64,000 bases of DNA from an uncultured cyanobacterium (GTDB lineage Bacteria; Cyanobacteriota; Cyanobacteriia; Cyanobacteriales; Nostocaceae): positions 384,001 through 448,000 of the forward strand of contig CAVUDP010000001.1 of the NCBI GenBank assembly GCA_963740315.1, given 5' to 3'. A model generated the notes under the pieces. The model did not search any database and was not told where the DNA came from. It worked only from the letters and a program-made list of their open reading frames with translations. Below, piece by piece: positions 11,114 through 21,834 of the stretch. A program made the position numbers and the translations under genes. Each line of letters opens with the position of its first letter. Position 1 is the stretch's first letter.

Positions 11114-11185
11114 GCGGGTGTAGCTCAGTGGTAGAGCGTCACCTTGCCAAGGTGAATGTCGCGCGTTCGAATCGCGTCACCCGCT
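11114..11185 (+). tRNA. trnG: tRNA-Gly (GCC)
   Basis: Acceptor stem GCGGGTG/CACCCGC, D-arm TAGCTCAGTGGTAGAGC, anticodon arm CACCTT-GCC-AAGGTG, T-loop GTTCGAATC; CCA not encoded. Confidence 0.97.
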
Positions 11186-11592
11186 TAAAAAAAATTAATA
11201 GTTTTAATCAATGCAGGAAATTAATTCTTCTGCATTTTTTAATTTGTTTTTGAAGGTTTTCGTGGTTCAGATATAAGAAATGTACGATCCTCTTTAAATC
11301 GGATGCACTACATTATATGGTGGTAAAAGCAAAACGCGAATGCGAGGGCAACATTGCTTGTAGGTAAAATGTTTAAATTTAATTGTTAATTAATCAAAAA
11401 TATGTATATAGAAAGAGTAATGCAAACGAGGGTTGATGATATAAAGAAATTTTAGTGGATAAACTGTTTATCCTTTTAAATTATTTATGATGGGATAATT
11501 CTGTATCACACAGTGTCCTCTGAATTGTAAATTAAAGGGAATATATAAAAAGATTCCTATTAATAAAGCTTAACTCTAAAAGAGCCGTTGTT

Positions 11593-12000
11593 GTGCAACC
11601 ACAAAAGCCTGAAAAAATCGACTTTAATAACGAATACCCGTGTCCCTGTCGCCGTCGGGGACGCTTAATTCCGATTACTCTGACAGAAGCCTTCGGTTGC
11701 GATCGCTGTCAACAAATATTCGTGGTGGAAGAAAATGCTCGCGTTTTAGAGCAACTTTCTACTACTTATCCTTACAAACGAGCTTGGCGCTGGACGGGTT
11801 CTGGCTGGAAAGTTGTCCATCCGCGTCTGGGAGAAAGTTATTTACCAGTAGCGCTAGGTATTATTTTCGTGCTAGTGATTATATGGTTGCCATTAGCATT
11901 GCGTTTGGCTAGTGGTTCTGGCATTATTGCCTGGGCACTGGTAGCAGTACTATTGGCTATACTGCCAGCACTTATGGTTTGGCTCACCTACAGACGTTAA
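11593..12000 (+). CDS. Hypothetical membrane protein with N-terminal Cys cluster
   Basis: CPC...CDRC putative Zn ribbon plus two C-terminal TM helices; GTG start. Confidence 0.75.
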   Translation: MQPQKPEKIDFNNEYPCPCRRRGRLIPITLTEAFGCDRCQQIFVVEENARVLEQLSTTYPYKRAWRWTGSGWKVVHPRLGESYLPVALGIIFVLVIIWLPLALRLASGSGIIAWALVAVLLAILPALMVWLTYRR

Positions 12001-12017
12001 TGCGCTGATTATTTACT

Positions 12018-13280
12018 GTGGATGCTTTTACTGAGAACCCCCAACCAATTGCGATCGCTAAACGCGCCCACGGTGCTGCTCTAAAATTGGGCATCACTAA
12101 AGGAGCGGAGCGCAGTCGCGCTTTAATGGCGATGGCTGAGGCATTAGAACGCTCGTTTGACGATATTTTAGAAGCAAATACCCTGGATCTGGAAGCTTGT
12201 CGGGAAATGGCGGTACCAGATTTAGTTTTGGATTGGCTAAAGTTAACTCCGGAACGTTTAGATTCAGCGGTGAAAATTCTGCACCGATTAGAGGAGTTAT
12301 CAGATCCACTGCGGCGAATGAGAACTGCTGATTACCAAATAGGTGAAGAACAAAGTTATTCTCAATCAACGCCTTTGGGGGTAATTGCCTTTATTTATGA
12401 AGCGTTGCCAGAACTAGGAGCTATTGCGGCGGGTTTATGTATCAAAAGCGGTAACAGTATTATTCTTAAAGGAAGTACGGAAGCAAGCCATTCTAATGCG
12501 GCAATTGCGGAAGTATTACAAATTGCTGTTGCAGAAGCTGGATTACCTTTAGGCTCTATAGAATTAGTTACGGCAGAGCAAGGTACGACAATTCGCGATT
12601 TGGTTATTCAAGAGCAGTATTTAAATTTAGTGATTCCCTACGGACGTACTAGTTTAATACAGCAGGTAGTACGGCAATCTACAGCACCAGTCTTGAAATC
12701 GGCTATGGGTAATTGTTATCTATATTGGTCGCCGAATGGTAACTTAGTAGATATGGTGCGCTGGATGATTATTGAGAGCCATGCAAGTTCCCCAGACCCG
12801 GTAAATGCGATTGAAAAGGTATTAATTAATCGGCAGACTTTATCTTCTTCGTTGGGTACTTTGTTAAAAAGCTTGCAGGAAAAAGGCTTTATGTTAAGGG
12901 GAGATGCCGAACTCAGAGAATCATTTCCTCAATTGGAACCAGTCCAAAATACGGAATGGGAAAGCGCTTATTTTACGAAGACAGTTACGTTTAAACTCGT
13001 AGATAATTTGGATACGGCAATTATTTGGATTAATCGATATAGTAGCGGGCACGCTGACTGCATTGTTACTGAGTCTTACCAAGAAAGTAGGCAGTTCGCT
13101 CTGGGTGTAAACAGCGCTTCTACATATATTAATGCTTCCCCGCGTTTTAGCCGGAATCCATTATGGGGAGATGCGGTATTTTTAGGAATGTCCAATCAAA
13201 AAGGGCATCGTAGGGGATTAATTGGTTTAGAAAGTTTGACTACACTCAAGCATATTGTTCAAGGGAACGGAAGGTTTTGA
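12018..13280 (+). CDS. Gamma-glutamyl phosphate reductase (ProA) paralog, catalytic Cys apparently absent
   Basis: PLGVIAFIYE, CIKSGNSIILKG..EA.HSN, VIPYG, SSGHADCIVT, YINASPRF; PVNAIE in place of CNA.E. Confidence 0.85.
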   Translation: MDAFTENPQPIAIAKRAHGAALKLGITKGAERSRALMAMAEALERSFDDILEANTLDLEACREMAVPDLVLDWLKLTPERLDSAVKILHRLEELSDPLRRMRTADYQIGEEQSYSQSTPLGVIAFIYEALPELGAIAAGLCIKSGNSIILKGSTEASHSNAAIAEVLQIAVAEAGLPLGSIELVTAEQGTTIRDLVIQEQYLNLVIPYGRTSLIQQVVRQSTAPVLKSAMGNCYLYWSPNGNLVDMVRWMIIESHASSPDPVNAIEKVLINRQTLSSSLGTLLKSLQEKGFMLRGDAELRESFPQLEPVQNTEWESAYFTKTVTFKLVDNLDTAIIWINRYSSGHADCIVTESYQESRQFALGVNSASTYINASPRFSRNPLWGDAVFLGMSNQKGHRRGLIGLESLTTLKHIVQGNGRF

Positions 13281-13291
13281 GATTAAAATTT

Positions 13292-13326
13292 GAAACCCCC
13301 ATTCCCTGTTGCGGGTAGGGGGTTTC
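13292..13326. terminator. Hairpin between convergent proA paralog and desD
   Basis: gaaaccccc...gggggtttc inverted repeat. Confidence 0.55.
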
Positions 13327-13408
13327 GGTTTCCGAGAGTTTGAAAACATAATATTCAAACATCCTTCCACAGAAGCATGGAAGGTTTATTAGTCATGCTT
13401 GTTAACGG

Positions 13409-14512
13409 TTAAGATAAAGCAATCCTCTGAGGTTTCGTTCCCATTGTTTTCAACCAACGATAGTTAGCAGCTAATGCTCCTCCGAAGGTTTGATAAACTT
13501 TATATTCCACACCAAATTCTGCACATACTTCTGCTAGTATTGGTGCTATTTTTGGATAGTGGATATGACAAGTTTGGGGAAATAAATGGTGAACGGCTTG
13601 ATAGTTCAATCCACCTAAATACCAGTTTAAAATTGGATTCTGAGGTGCAAAGTCAACACTAGTTTTGACTTGATGGATTGCCCATTCATCCTCAATATTA
13701 TTTGATTCGGGATTTGGTTCTGGAAATTCTTGTTCCTCCCCTACATGAGCAAGAATGAAAACTACTCCAGCTACCAAACCAGCAGTCATGTAACTAATCA
13801 AGACTCCTAAAATTGTCTGTAAGGGTGTATATCCTAATATAATTGGTACTGCTAAAAATAACATAATCCAAACAAGTTTAAATCCAAACAAAACAAACAA
13901 GTCAGAGGCTTTTGTTTTTGGAAGGTTATACTCGTGGCATTGGCGCTTTCTTAGAATCATATCTACATCTGATACAGACCAGTATAGGGGCATCATGGCA
14001 TGCAAAAACCAAATATATAAATGTTGGAATTTGTGATGGGATTGATGCTCTATTGGCGTACATAAACGAACTAATCCATCCCAATTTAGATCGTAGTCAT
14101 GCCCTACAATGTTTGTATGAGTATGATGTAGAAAATTATGGCGAAATTTCCATAAATAACTTGAGATTCCGACAACCAAGTCGTAACTCAAACCCAAGAT
14201 ATTATTAACATTTCGATTGCTAGAATAACCTCCATGATTGGCATCATGCCCGACATTAAATGCACAAGCTGCTATTGCTAAACCTAAAACAAAACAACTC
14301 AGTACTTTCATCCACATTATTGGTGGACCAAAAAGAGTAAATATGTAGGCGGAAATAACCCATCCTAAGATAATTGCTGTCTTAAAGTACATTGCCGGAT
14401 TATCGCGGGGGGAAATATTTACAGATTTGAAATAAGCATCAACACGTTTATTCAACTCTTTTCTAAAACCAATGTTTTGAGCAAAAGTAACTTTTGTTTG
14501 TGTCTTGAGCAT
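13409..14512 (-). CDS. desD: Delta-6 acyl-lipid desaturase
   Basis: HDANH, HNFLHH and QAVHHLFP (Q-type third His box of front-end desaturases); N-terminus GFRKELNKRVDAYF....PRDNP. Confidence 0.85.
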   Translation of the reverse strand: MLKTQTKVTFAQNIGFRKELNKRVDAYFKSVNISPRDNPAMYFKTAIILGWVISAYIFTLFGPPIMWMKVLSCFVLGLAIAACAFNVGHDANHGGYSSNRNVNNILGLSYDLVVGISSYLWKFRHNFLHHTHTNIVGHDYDLNWDGLVRLCTPIEHQSHHKFQHLYIWFLHAMMPLYWSVSDVDMILRKRQCHEYNLPKTKASDLFVLFGFKLVWIMLFLAVPIILGYTPLQTILGVLISYMTAGLVAGVVFILAHVGEEQEFPEPNPESNNIEDEWAIHQVKTSVDFAPQNPILNWYLGGLNYQAVHHLFPQTCHIHYPKIAPILAEVCAEFGVEYKVYQTFGGALAANYRWLKTMGTKPQRIALS

Positions 14513-15113
14513 GAAAGATGTTAATTATAGAATGTGAATCTTGAATATCATTTACCAATACATATTAATTATGTGGTAAGTAATTTATTAGGCTTGCATA
14601 TAATCCATCTATATGCAGTGTGAATATACAATTTAGTTATACATAATTAAAATGCAGACTCATTGTACTTCATTACCGAAGCTAATGAAAACATTTATGG
14701 GAATTTTTGTTTTTCCTAATATTATATTACTTTCAACCCGATCGCCTTATTAAAACCCGATCAAATTTTTGCAACACAGAAGTTTTAAGTTAAAACGATA
14801 ATTACATTCATCGGTTTATAAAATCAAATTACAAACTCAGTGCTAATTTAAGATTTCAAATCGGAAAACGCGATTTGGGAAAGCAGCCCAAACTATCTTA
14901 ATAATGATTTTGATCGATCGCAAGTTAAGTCTCTTTTTTTTACTTGACAATAATAAAATAAACCTTGTCTCAAACAACCTGCTTGATTATTAACTAAATT
15001 AACTAAATTAACTAATAAAAATTGGAGATTTTGAGAAATAGAGAAACCTGGTCAAAAAACCAGGCTTCTTCCCAGTCATGCATCAATTGACTAATGATGA
15101 ATAGACTTATTAC

Positions 15114-16181
15114 TTATTTCAGATGAGATGTGTAATAAACCTTTCTGCCTTCATTTGGAACAAAATGACATTTTCTGTAAGAGTTCCAAAGCGAAGTTAA
15201 AATTGGCTCTTCAGTTTTATGGAAATATTCACCTAAAACTGGTTTAATCGCTTCAGTTGCTTTCTTCAAATTGTAGTGAGGAATGTTTAAGAAAATGTGG
15301 TGAGCAACATGAGTACCGATGTCGTGGTGGATATGATTAATAAAACCATAATCGCGATCGACACTAGAAAGAGCGCCTTTAAGAAAAGTCCATTCGTCAC
15401 CGCGATACCAAGGAATATCTGGCTCGGTGTGATGTAAAAATGTGACCAAATCCAACCAAATCACAAATACAATGTAAGGTCCGGCATAGTATTTAATAAA
15501 CCACATGAAACCCCATTCATAGGTTAAGAAAGCCAGTAAACCAACCATTGAAATCCAAAGTACGGTGCTGGTAATTACATCCCATTTTTCCGAAGGTTTA
15601 AATAAGGGGCTGCTAGGTGAAAAGTGAGAACCAGTTTTACCGGGAGAACGCTGAAATAAATATACCGGATAAGCCAGTAAAAACAGGTAGTGTCTGCCGA
15701 TTTTTTGTACCAAAGGCATTTCGTTGTAAGCTGATTCCGATATCGGATACCAACTTTCATCATTTTCCAAACTACCAGTATTTTTATGGTGTGTTCGGTG
15801 ACTAATCCGCCATCCGTGATAGGGAACAAGTATCGGTGTATGAGATAAATGTCCGATTAAATCATTCAACCATTTGTGGCGAGAAAATGATTGATGTCCG
15901 CAGTCATGTCCAACTACAAATAAAGCCCAGAACATAGTTCCTTGCATTACCCAGAAAATGGGAAAGAATAACCATGAATCTAGCTTGTAAGCTAAAGCAT
16001 AAAGTCCAGCAATGATTAGAATGTCGCGAACAAAGAAAAACAGAGATTTTCCTACTTGAGGCTGAAAACATTCTGCTGGAATTGCTGCTTTGACATCGCC
16101 AAGAGTAAAAGGTAGCTGGGTTGTTTCCTCTGACGATCCATCATGAGGATTATTACCTGTGTTAACTGTAGAAGTTTGCAC
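15114..16181 (-). CDS. desB: Omega-3 (delta-15) acyl-lipid desaturase (probable GTG start at 16181)
   Basis: HDCGH, HRTHH, HVAHH; PYHGWRISHRTHH. Confidence 0.92.
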   Translation of the reverse strand: MQTSTVNTGNNPHDGSSEETTQLPFTLGDVKAAIPAECFQPQVGKSLFFFVRDILIIAGLYALAYKLDSWLFFPIFWVMQGTMFWALFVVGHDCGHQSFSRHKWLNDLIGHLSHTPILVPYHGWRISHRTHHKNTGSLENDESWYPISESAYNEMPLVQKIGRHYLFLLAYPVYLFQRSPGKTGSHFSPSSPLFKPSEKWDVITSTVLWISMVGLLAFLTYEWGFMWFIKYYAGPYIVFVIWLDLVTFLHHTEPDIPWYRGDEWTFLKGALSSVDRDYGFINHIHHDIGTHVAHHIFLNIPHYNLKKATEAIKPVLGEYFHKTEEPILTSLWNSYRKCHFVPNEGRKVYYTSHLK

Positions 16182-16370
16182 GCTTGTTACGTTACCAGAT
16201 ATAAAGTGAATGTTGAGTAAATGAAAGTCAGTAAAATCAGGCATGACGAAACTTTAGCCATGCGCTAAAAAATAGTCTTTTACCTTTATCACGACTAATT
16301 GAGTTATTTCTAACCCCCAATCAAAATTATTTTGGGGGGTTAAAGATGTAAGTAAACGAATCAGAATTTA

Positions 16371-17429
16371 TTATCGTTGTGCGTAATATTCCTTGAAGGA
16401 AATATACTTGTTTTCTGAAGTATATAAATGACATCTGTCGGTAATATACTTCATCAAAGATACAGAGAACGTACATTCATCGCGTACATAACTTCCCCAA
16501 TTTTCTTGCAAGCTTTTATAAGCAAAACGCAAATTGTAAGAAGGAATCGCAGTAGAAATGTGATGCGGTACGTGTACGTTGATATCGTGACACAGGAATT
16601 CTACCCAGCGGGGGTAATTGCAGTGAACTGTACCGGATAGCTGTGCTGTAACTGCATTCCATTCGTCTTCTGGTACAAAAGAAATATCGGGAGCAGTGTG
16701 GTGGATATAAGTAAAAGTACTCATCCAGAAATGGTACACCATCCAAGGAATAAACCAGAACTTGATAAATCCCCAAATACCAGTTGTAGCAATCAGCGTG
16801 GGGAAGCATACAGCCGCAAAACCCACTACTACAGCTACAGAAAGCTTAATCGCAGGTTGGTCTTTTTTACGATACTCAGACCAATTAAAATGATGCATTG
16901 CCCAATGTACGATTGAGCCTATCCACCATAAACGGTTGAATAAAAATCTTTTAAAAGCCCACTTCAACGCTATTCCACTATTCTCATAAATATCTATACC
17001 TACGGGCTGCCAAGCATTATCTACTTTTAGCTTATTAGTATGAGTGTGGTGATAATTGTGCTTTATCCGCCAACCGTGGAAAGGGTAAATTAACGGCATC
17101 ATAAATAAATGTCCCACTAGATCGTTCACCCAAATGCGTTTGGCAAATGAACGATGAGCGCAATCATGTCCAATCACAAAAAATCCTGTAGCAGCAGTAC
17201 CCGTGTATATCCACGCTAAGGGTAAAAGATACCAAGGTGCGATCGCCAAAAAAAAGTAGCCTAAGATAACTGCTAAAACACTGCTAATTGCACTAAACCA
17301 AGCTTTTCGAGCATCTTGTTCAAAACACTCTTGAGGAAGGCTTTTTACCACGTCTGTCAGCTTTAGTTCGGAGTCAGAGAGCGGTTTCGGCTGTGAATTA
17401 TTCTGTGTGTTTACTGCTGATGTTGTCAT
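16371..17429 (-). CDS. desA: Delta-12 acyl-lipid desaturase
   Basis: GHDCAH, HNYHH, HVPHH; FWMSTFT; IPSYNLR. Confidence 0.92.
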   Translation of the reverse strand: MTTSAVNTQNNSQPKPLSDSELKLTDVVKSLPQECFEQDARKAWFSAISSVLAVILGYFFLAIAPWYLLPLAWIYTGTAATGFFVIGHDCAHRSFAKRIWVNDLVGHLFMMPLIYPFHGWRIKHNYHHTHTNKLKVDNAWQPVGIDIYENSGIALKWAFKRFLFNRLWWIGSIVHWAMHHFNWSEYRKKDQPAIKLSVAVVVGFAAVCFPTLIATTGIWGFIKFWFIPWMVYHFWMSTFTYIHHTAPDISFVPEDEWNAVTAQLSGTVHCNYPRWVEFLCHDINVHVPHHISTAIPSYNLRFAYKSLQENWGSYVRDECTFSVSLMKYITDRCHLYTSENKYISFKEYYAQR

Positions 17430-17699
17430 GGATGAATTTTATAAATAAAAAAATTCCGCATACAAGCAACTAGCATAGTCGCTTTTTGCGAAGTTTCGTA
17501 ACGTTCGCGCTTAGGATTATATCAAGTAATTAGCACCATGTAATTAGAGAAAAATCTATTTTTTCGGTAAAACAAGCGATACCCCCACTTATTTCTTGAG
17601 TAAGAATCCGTAAGCGGGGGTAAATAACATTTATTTAATTTAGCTGTGGGAAAGGCACTCTTGGTAATTACACTTGATACCTTTGACCCTTGACCTATA

Positions 17700-18521
17700 T
17701 TACTGCTCCACGGGCGCAAGTTTGACATTTGTAGCCAAACCCAAGAATTGCAGTACTCGAATAGTCATCCAGGTAAAGTCTATTTCCCACCATTTCAACC
17801 CGTGACGGGCAGAGTATTGAAAAGCGTGGTGATTATTGTGCCAGCCTTCACCATATGTGAGCAAAGCTACCCACCAGCAATTTGTAGAGCGATCGCCTGC
17901 ATCGTAGGTTTGATAGCCAAATTTATGAGTTGCACTATTGACAAACCAGGTACAGTGCCATACAAAAATAAGACGAACAAAAACACCCCAAACGACAAAA
18001 GACCAGCCACCCCAAAGTAATAGCAGTCCACCCAGAGCGAACTGGATTGGTAGCATATACTTTTCTAAAAACTGATAAAATGGGTCATCTTTGATGTCTT
18101 TAGTAAAGCGGGGAACATCAGCAAAAGCTGGAGAATGGTAAAACATCCAACGTAAATGACTCCAGAAAAAACCTTTATTGGAATCATGTGGATCTAACTC
18201 TTGATCGGAATGTAAATGGTGTATGCGATGCATTCCAACCCATGCAATTGGTCCTCCCTGACAAGCAAGAGTCCCGCAAAATGCTAAGAAATACTCCAGC
18301 CACTTAGGGGTTTGAAAACTGCGATGAGTTATGAGACGGTGAAATCCTAGAGTAATACCCAAGCCTCCAGTCACCCAGTACAAAAGTAAGGCTACGCCGA
18401 CAGCTTTCCAGCTAAAAAAAGCGGGGAATAGGGCAAGTAAAATTCCAAAATGTAAACCGACGAAAAATGTAATGTGCAGCCAATTTAATGGACCTCTAGT
18501 TGTTGATGTAGCAATTGTCAT
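17700..18521 (-). CDS. desC: Delta-9 acyl-lipid desaturase (start MTIATS, 18521)
   Basis: GITLGFHRLITH, HRIHH, GEGWHNNHH. Confidence 0.93.
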   Translation of the reverse strand: MTIATSTTRGPLNWLHITFFVGLHFGILLALFPAFFSWKAVGVALLLYWVTGGLGITLGFHRLITHRSFQTPKWLEYFLAFCGTLACQGGPIAWVGMHRIHHLHSDQELDPHDSNKGFFWSHLRWMFYHSPAFADVPRFTKDIKDDPFYQFLEKYMLPIQFALGGLLLLWGGWSFVVWGVFVRLIFVWHCTWFVNSATHKFGYQTYDAGDRSTNCWWVALLTYGEGWHNNHHAFQYSARHGLKWWEIDFTWMTIRVLQFLGLATNVKLAPVEQ

Positions 18522-18659
18522 GCGGTAACCTGAATAGAATTGTTTAGCCTTATCTGCGCGTCCGTTGTGCCCGATCGAGGGCTTTTGCGTAGTTGTCACG
18601 CAAAGCGTAGCGCCAATAGCGCCACAAATCCGCATAGTTTTTGGAAAACGGTCTTAGTA

Positions 18660-19892
18660 ATGAACAGCTTGCAACAGCTGCGAGAAGCAGAACAAGCACT
18701 ATTAAAGATTTTTTCTGGAATTGACCACAAGGTCAAGCAAAATCTTCAAAAAGTGCTGCACGCCTTTCGCCATCATAGTGTAGGGGCACACCATTTTACA
18801 GGTGTAACGGGATACGGTCATGATGATTTAGGCAGAGACACTTTAGATAGGGTTTTTGCAGAAATCGTGGGGGCACAAGCCGCTGCTGTTAGGGTACAGT
18901 TTGTTTCGGGGACTCACGCCATAGCTTGTGCTTTGTTTGGCGTTCTCCGTCCCGGCGATGAAATGTTAGCAGTAGCAGGGGCACCCTACGATACTCTTGA
19001 AGAAGTCATTGGTTTAAGGGGTAAAAATCAAGGCTCCCTAATTGATTTTGGCATAAGCTATCGCCAATTAAATCTCACTCCAGAAGGAAGGGTAGATTGG
19101 CAAGCTTTAAGCCATGCGGTAGAGAATAAGACTCGTTTGGTGTTAATTCAGCGCTCTTGCGGCTATTCCTGGCGCAAAGGTCTTTCAATTGCCGATATAG
19201 AGAAAATTGTCCGTTTAGTCAAGCAGCAAAATCCGAACACAGTTTGTTTTGTCGATAACTGTTATGGCGAATTTATCGAAACTCAAGAACCTACTGATGT
19301 CGGTGCGGATTTAATCGCCGGTTCTTTAATTAAAAATCCAGGAGGAACCATAGTCAACGCTGGAGGCTACATTGCCGGACGGGAAGACTTAGTAGAAGCA
19401 GCCGCTTGTCGCTTGACAGCACCGGGAATTGGTAGAGAAGGAGGTGCGACATTTGACCAACTCCGCCTGTTATTCCAAGGGTTATTTTTAGCACCGCAAA
19501 TGGTGGGAGAAGCAATGAAAGGCACTCACCTTACTGGCTATGTTTTTGACAAGTTAGGTTATCCAGTAAACCCCGCACCCTTTGAACCTCGCTTCGATGT
19601 AATCCAATCGATTAAACTAGGTTCCGCCGAAAAATTAATTGCATTCTGTAAAGCCATACAGCAGAATTCTCCCATCGGTTCCTATCTAGACCCCATCCCC
19701 GACCAAATGCCGGGATACGAAAGTCAAGTAGTCATGGCTGGGGGAACATTTATCGAAGGCAGCACCTCAGAATTTTCCGCCGACGGACCATTAAGAGAAC
19801 CCTACATAGTTTACTGTCAGGGGGGAACTCATTGGACTCATGTAGCGATCGCCTTAGAAGCCGCGATTGAAGCAATTGGGAATAGGGAATAG
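18660..19892 (+). CDS. Methionine gamma-lyase/aluminium-resistance (YnbB-like) PLP enzyme (start MNSLQQ)
   Basis: GYGHDDLGR, VSGTHAI, VDNCYGEF, GSLIKNPGG motifs. Confidence 0.9.
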   Translation: MNSLQQLREAEQALLKIFSGIDHKVKQNLQKVLHAFRHHSVGAHHFTGVTGYGHDDLGRDTLDRVFAEIVGAQAAAVRVQFVSGTHAIACALFGVLRPGDEMLAVAGAPYDTLEEVIGLRGKNQGSLIDFGISYRQLNLTPEGRVDWQALSHAVENKTRLVLIQRSCGYSWRKGLSIADIEKIVRLVKQQNPNTVCFVDNCYGEFIETQEPTDVGADLIAGSLIKNPGGTIVNAGGYIAGREDLVEAAACRLTAPGIGREGGATFDQLRLLFQGLFLAPQMVGEAMKGTHLTGYVFDKLGYPVNPAPFEPRFDVIQSIKLGSAEKLIAFCKAIQQNSPIGSYLDPIPDQMPGYESQVVMAGGTFIEGSTSEFSADGPLREPYIVYCQGGTHWTHVAIALEAAIEAIGNRE

Positions 19893-20178
19893 TGAACAGT
19901 TAACAGTTAACAGTTAACAGTTAACAGTGAACAGTTACCAGTTGGGGATTGGGCATGGGGCATAGGGCATTGGGCATTGGGCATTGGGAATAGTTAGGAG
20001 TTCGGAGTTAGCAGTTAGCAGTTAGCAGTTCGGAGTTCGGAGTTCGGAGTTAGCAGTTAGCAGTTAGGAATTTTCTACCCCCTCTACCCCCTCTACCCCC
20101 TCTACCCCCTCCACCCCCTCCACCCCCGAACCCCCGAACCCCCGAACCCCATCTCCATCTCCCCCGAACCCCATCCCT
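19893..20178. repeat. Compound STRR tract
   Basis: Tandem aacagtt, ttgggca, agttagc/agttcgg, ccccctcta and ccccgaa units. Confidence 0.9.
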
Positions 20179-20180
20179 TC

Positions 20181-21374
20181 CTACTCCGGCAACTCGTACT
20201 GTTCGACAATCCGCTTGGCAAATTCGGGTACGTGCTTTTCTAATTTCTCTGGATAATTCCGCTTTGTATACAAATAATTGCGGGTAAAGTGGGAATCTAT
20301 GGAAAACCGAGCATATTCTAAACCTTTGGGACCAATTTTTTCAATTACTACGCCCATTAATTTCGCCGCCCACATGGGAAGTGTTACGCCTTTATCGTAG
20401 GCGGGAATGCTCTGCTGTACGGCGGCTTGGCGATTTCCTTGGGACATTACTGCTTGGGTGTCGATTTGGTCTTTGACTAAATCGAGCATTTCTTTACCGC
20501 GATCGTTTCTAACTACAATCCACTGCCAGCCAAATGGTGCGCCCATATACCCAACTACGATGTCTGCTAGTGAATTTACGTAGTCAAAACAACTCATGCA
20601 AGAAGGAGCAAATACGTCTTTGAGTTTATTTGTTTTTAAACCAAAGAAAGGTACGGTTTCAGTAGAACCATCTTCATGTTTGAAATGAACCCGAAAATCC
20701 TGCATAAATTCGTAATGCACTACCGTATCGGGGGATTTACTTGTAGTGTCGAGAAATTTTTGCAATCCCGCACGGGTGACGTTATCGACGCAAGGGGTAC
20801 CCAATACATAAAGCTTTTCCAATCCAAGCTGTTTTTCTACGGCGCGTAATGCTTGGATTTGACAACCAACACCAATTACCAATAGCCGTTTCATTCCCGA
20901 TTTTTCAATTTGTTCTAATACGGAAAGATTTGGTGAAAGTGTTGGTTTATTTACCTTAGCTGCCAGTATTTCTTCTGCCGTGCGAGCAATAACCGGCATT
21001 GGTTGAAAGCGATCCTCCTGGGTATTTTGCACGCAAACAACGCCTTCCACAACGCCGCTTTCGAGCATTTGAATCGCGATCGCGCTCACAATTCCCGTCC
21101 ATTGGGCACCCGGAATTGGTTCTTTTTTCCGCGCCGCCATCATCTCTTGCTGTACCCCGAAATAAAGTTCGTCGGAGTTATCAAGATTGCGCGATCGCGA
21201 GTGACTTTGTTCTTCGAGTTCCGCTATTTGTTGATTAAGAAAAGCACAAGCTTCCTTGACATAGTGAACGTAATATGTATCGCAAAGTCCGCAATCGCTG
21301 CATAATTCTTTTGCAGGGCGAGGGCTTCCGGGTTTGAGAGCTTTGGCTTTTTTGTGAGGAGCAAGCGAAGTCAT
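20181..21374 (-). CDS. bciB: Ferredoxin-dependent 8-vinyl reductase (F420-hydrogenase beta-subunit family)
   Basis: CSDCGLCDT, GAQWTGIV, GVGCQ, GTPCVDN, SCMSCFDY motifs. Confidence 0.85.
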   Translation of the reverse strand: MTSLAPHKKAKALKPGSPRPAKELCSDCGLCDTYYVHYVKEACAFLNQQIAELEEQSHSRSRNLDNSDELYFGVQQEMMAARKKEPIPGAQWTGIVSAIAIQMLESGVVEGVVCVQNTQEDRFQPMPVIARTAEEILAAKVNKPTLSPNLSVLEQIEKSGMKRLLVIGVGCQIQALRAVEKQLGLEKLYVLGTPCVDNVTRAGLQKFLDTTSKSPDTVVHYEFMQDFRVHFKHEDGSTETVPFFGLKTNKLKDVFAPSCMSCFDYVNSLADIVVGYMGAPFGWQWIVVRNDRGKEMLDLVKDQIDTQAVMSQGNRQAAVQQSIPAYDKGVTLPMWAAKLMGVVIEKIGPKGLEYARFSIDSHFTRNYLYTKRNYPEKLEKHVPEFAKRIVEQYELPE

Positions 21375-21624
21375 AATTAAATCGATATAAAACTCTGATT
21401 ACTTATTTCTTAATATGCCAGAAATAAGTACTTAATTATTTCTTCAAATTAATACATAATATTAATTCTTTATAGAATGCTTCGGAAATTATCTATATCG
21501 TCACTTAGAAATTCGTAAACTTCACGGCAACTTAAAATACAAGTTCAGTAATAGCACAATTAGAGTTTTAAAAAAGTTTCTGTTACTTTTTTTATAGAAG
21601 TTAATAAATCGGGGTTAAAAAACA

Positions 21625-21828
21625 ATGTCTAAAAAAGATGATGATTTTGTAGAAGCTGCGGGCTTCGCAGCAGGTGGAGCAGCAGCAGGTGCTGGAGTTG
21701 CTGCAACAGTAGGAGGTATGGGGTTAGCTGTTGGTGGAACTGCTGTTGCTATTGGTGCGGCTCCAGTTGTAGCAGCAGGTACAGTTGTAGGACTTGCTGC
21801 TTATGGTTTGAAAAAAGTTTTTGGTTAA
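21625..21828 (+). CDS. Small glycine-zipper membrane protein
   Basis: 67 aa, G/A/V-rich GxxxG repeats, short charged ends. Confidence 0.75.
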   Translation: MSKKDDDFVEAAGFAAGGAAAGAGVAATVGGMGLAVGGTAVAIGAAPVVAAGTVVGLAAYGLKKVFG

Positions 21829-21834
21829 ATATAA

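Noticed and set aside
11114..11600. tRNA-Gly as an integration site for an island or prophage
   Set aside because: No integrase nearby and no duplicated tRNA 3' end noticed in the window
18521..18660. Apparent overlap of desC and the YnbB-like ORF
   Set aside because: Artefact of longest-ORF starts; likely starts at 18521 and 18660 leave a normal divergent gap
19893..20178. Tandem repeat tracts as a possible CRISPR array
   Set aside because: 7-9-bp units without unique spacers and no cas genes; no CRISPR array seen anywhere in the window
21625..21828. Class II bacteriocin/microcin precursor
   Set aside because: No clear double-glycine leader, peptidase-ABC exporter or modification enzyme nearby; homology to the PspA insert explains it better
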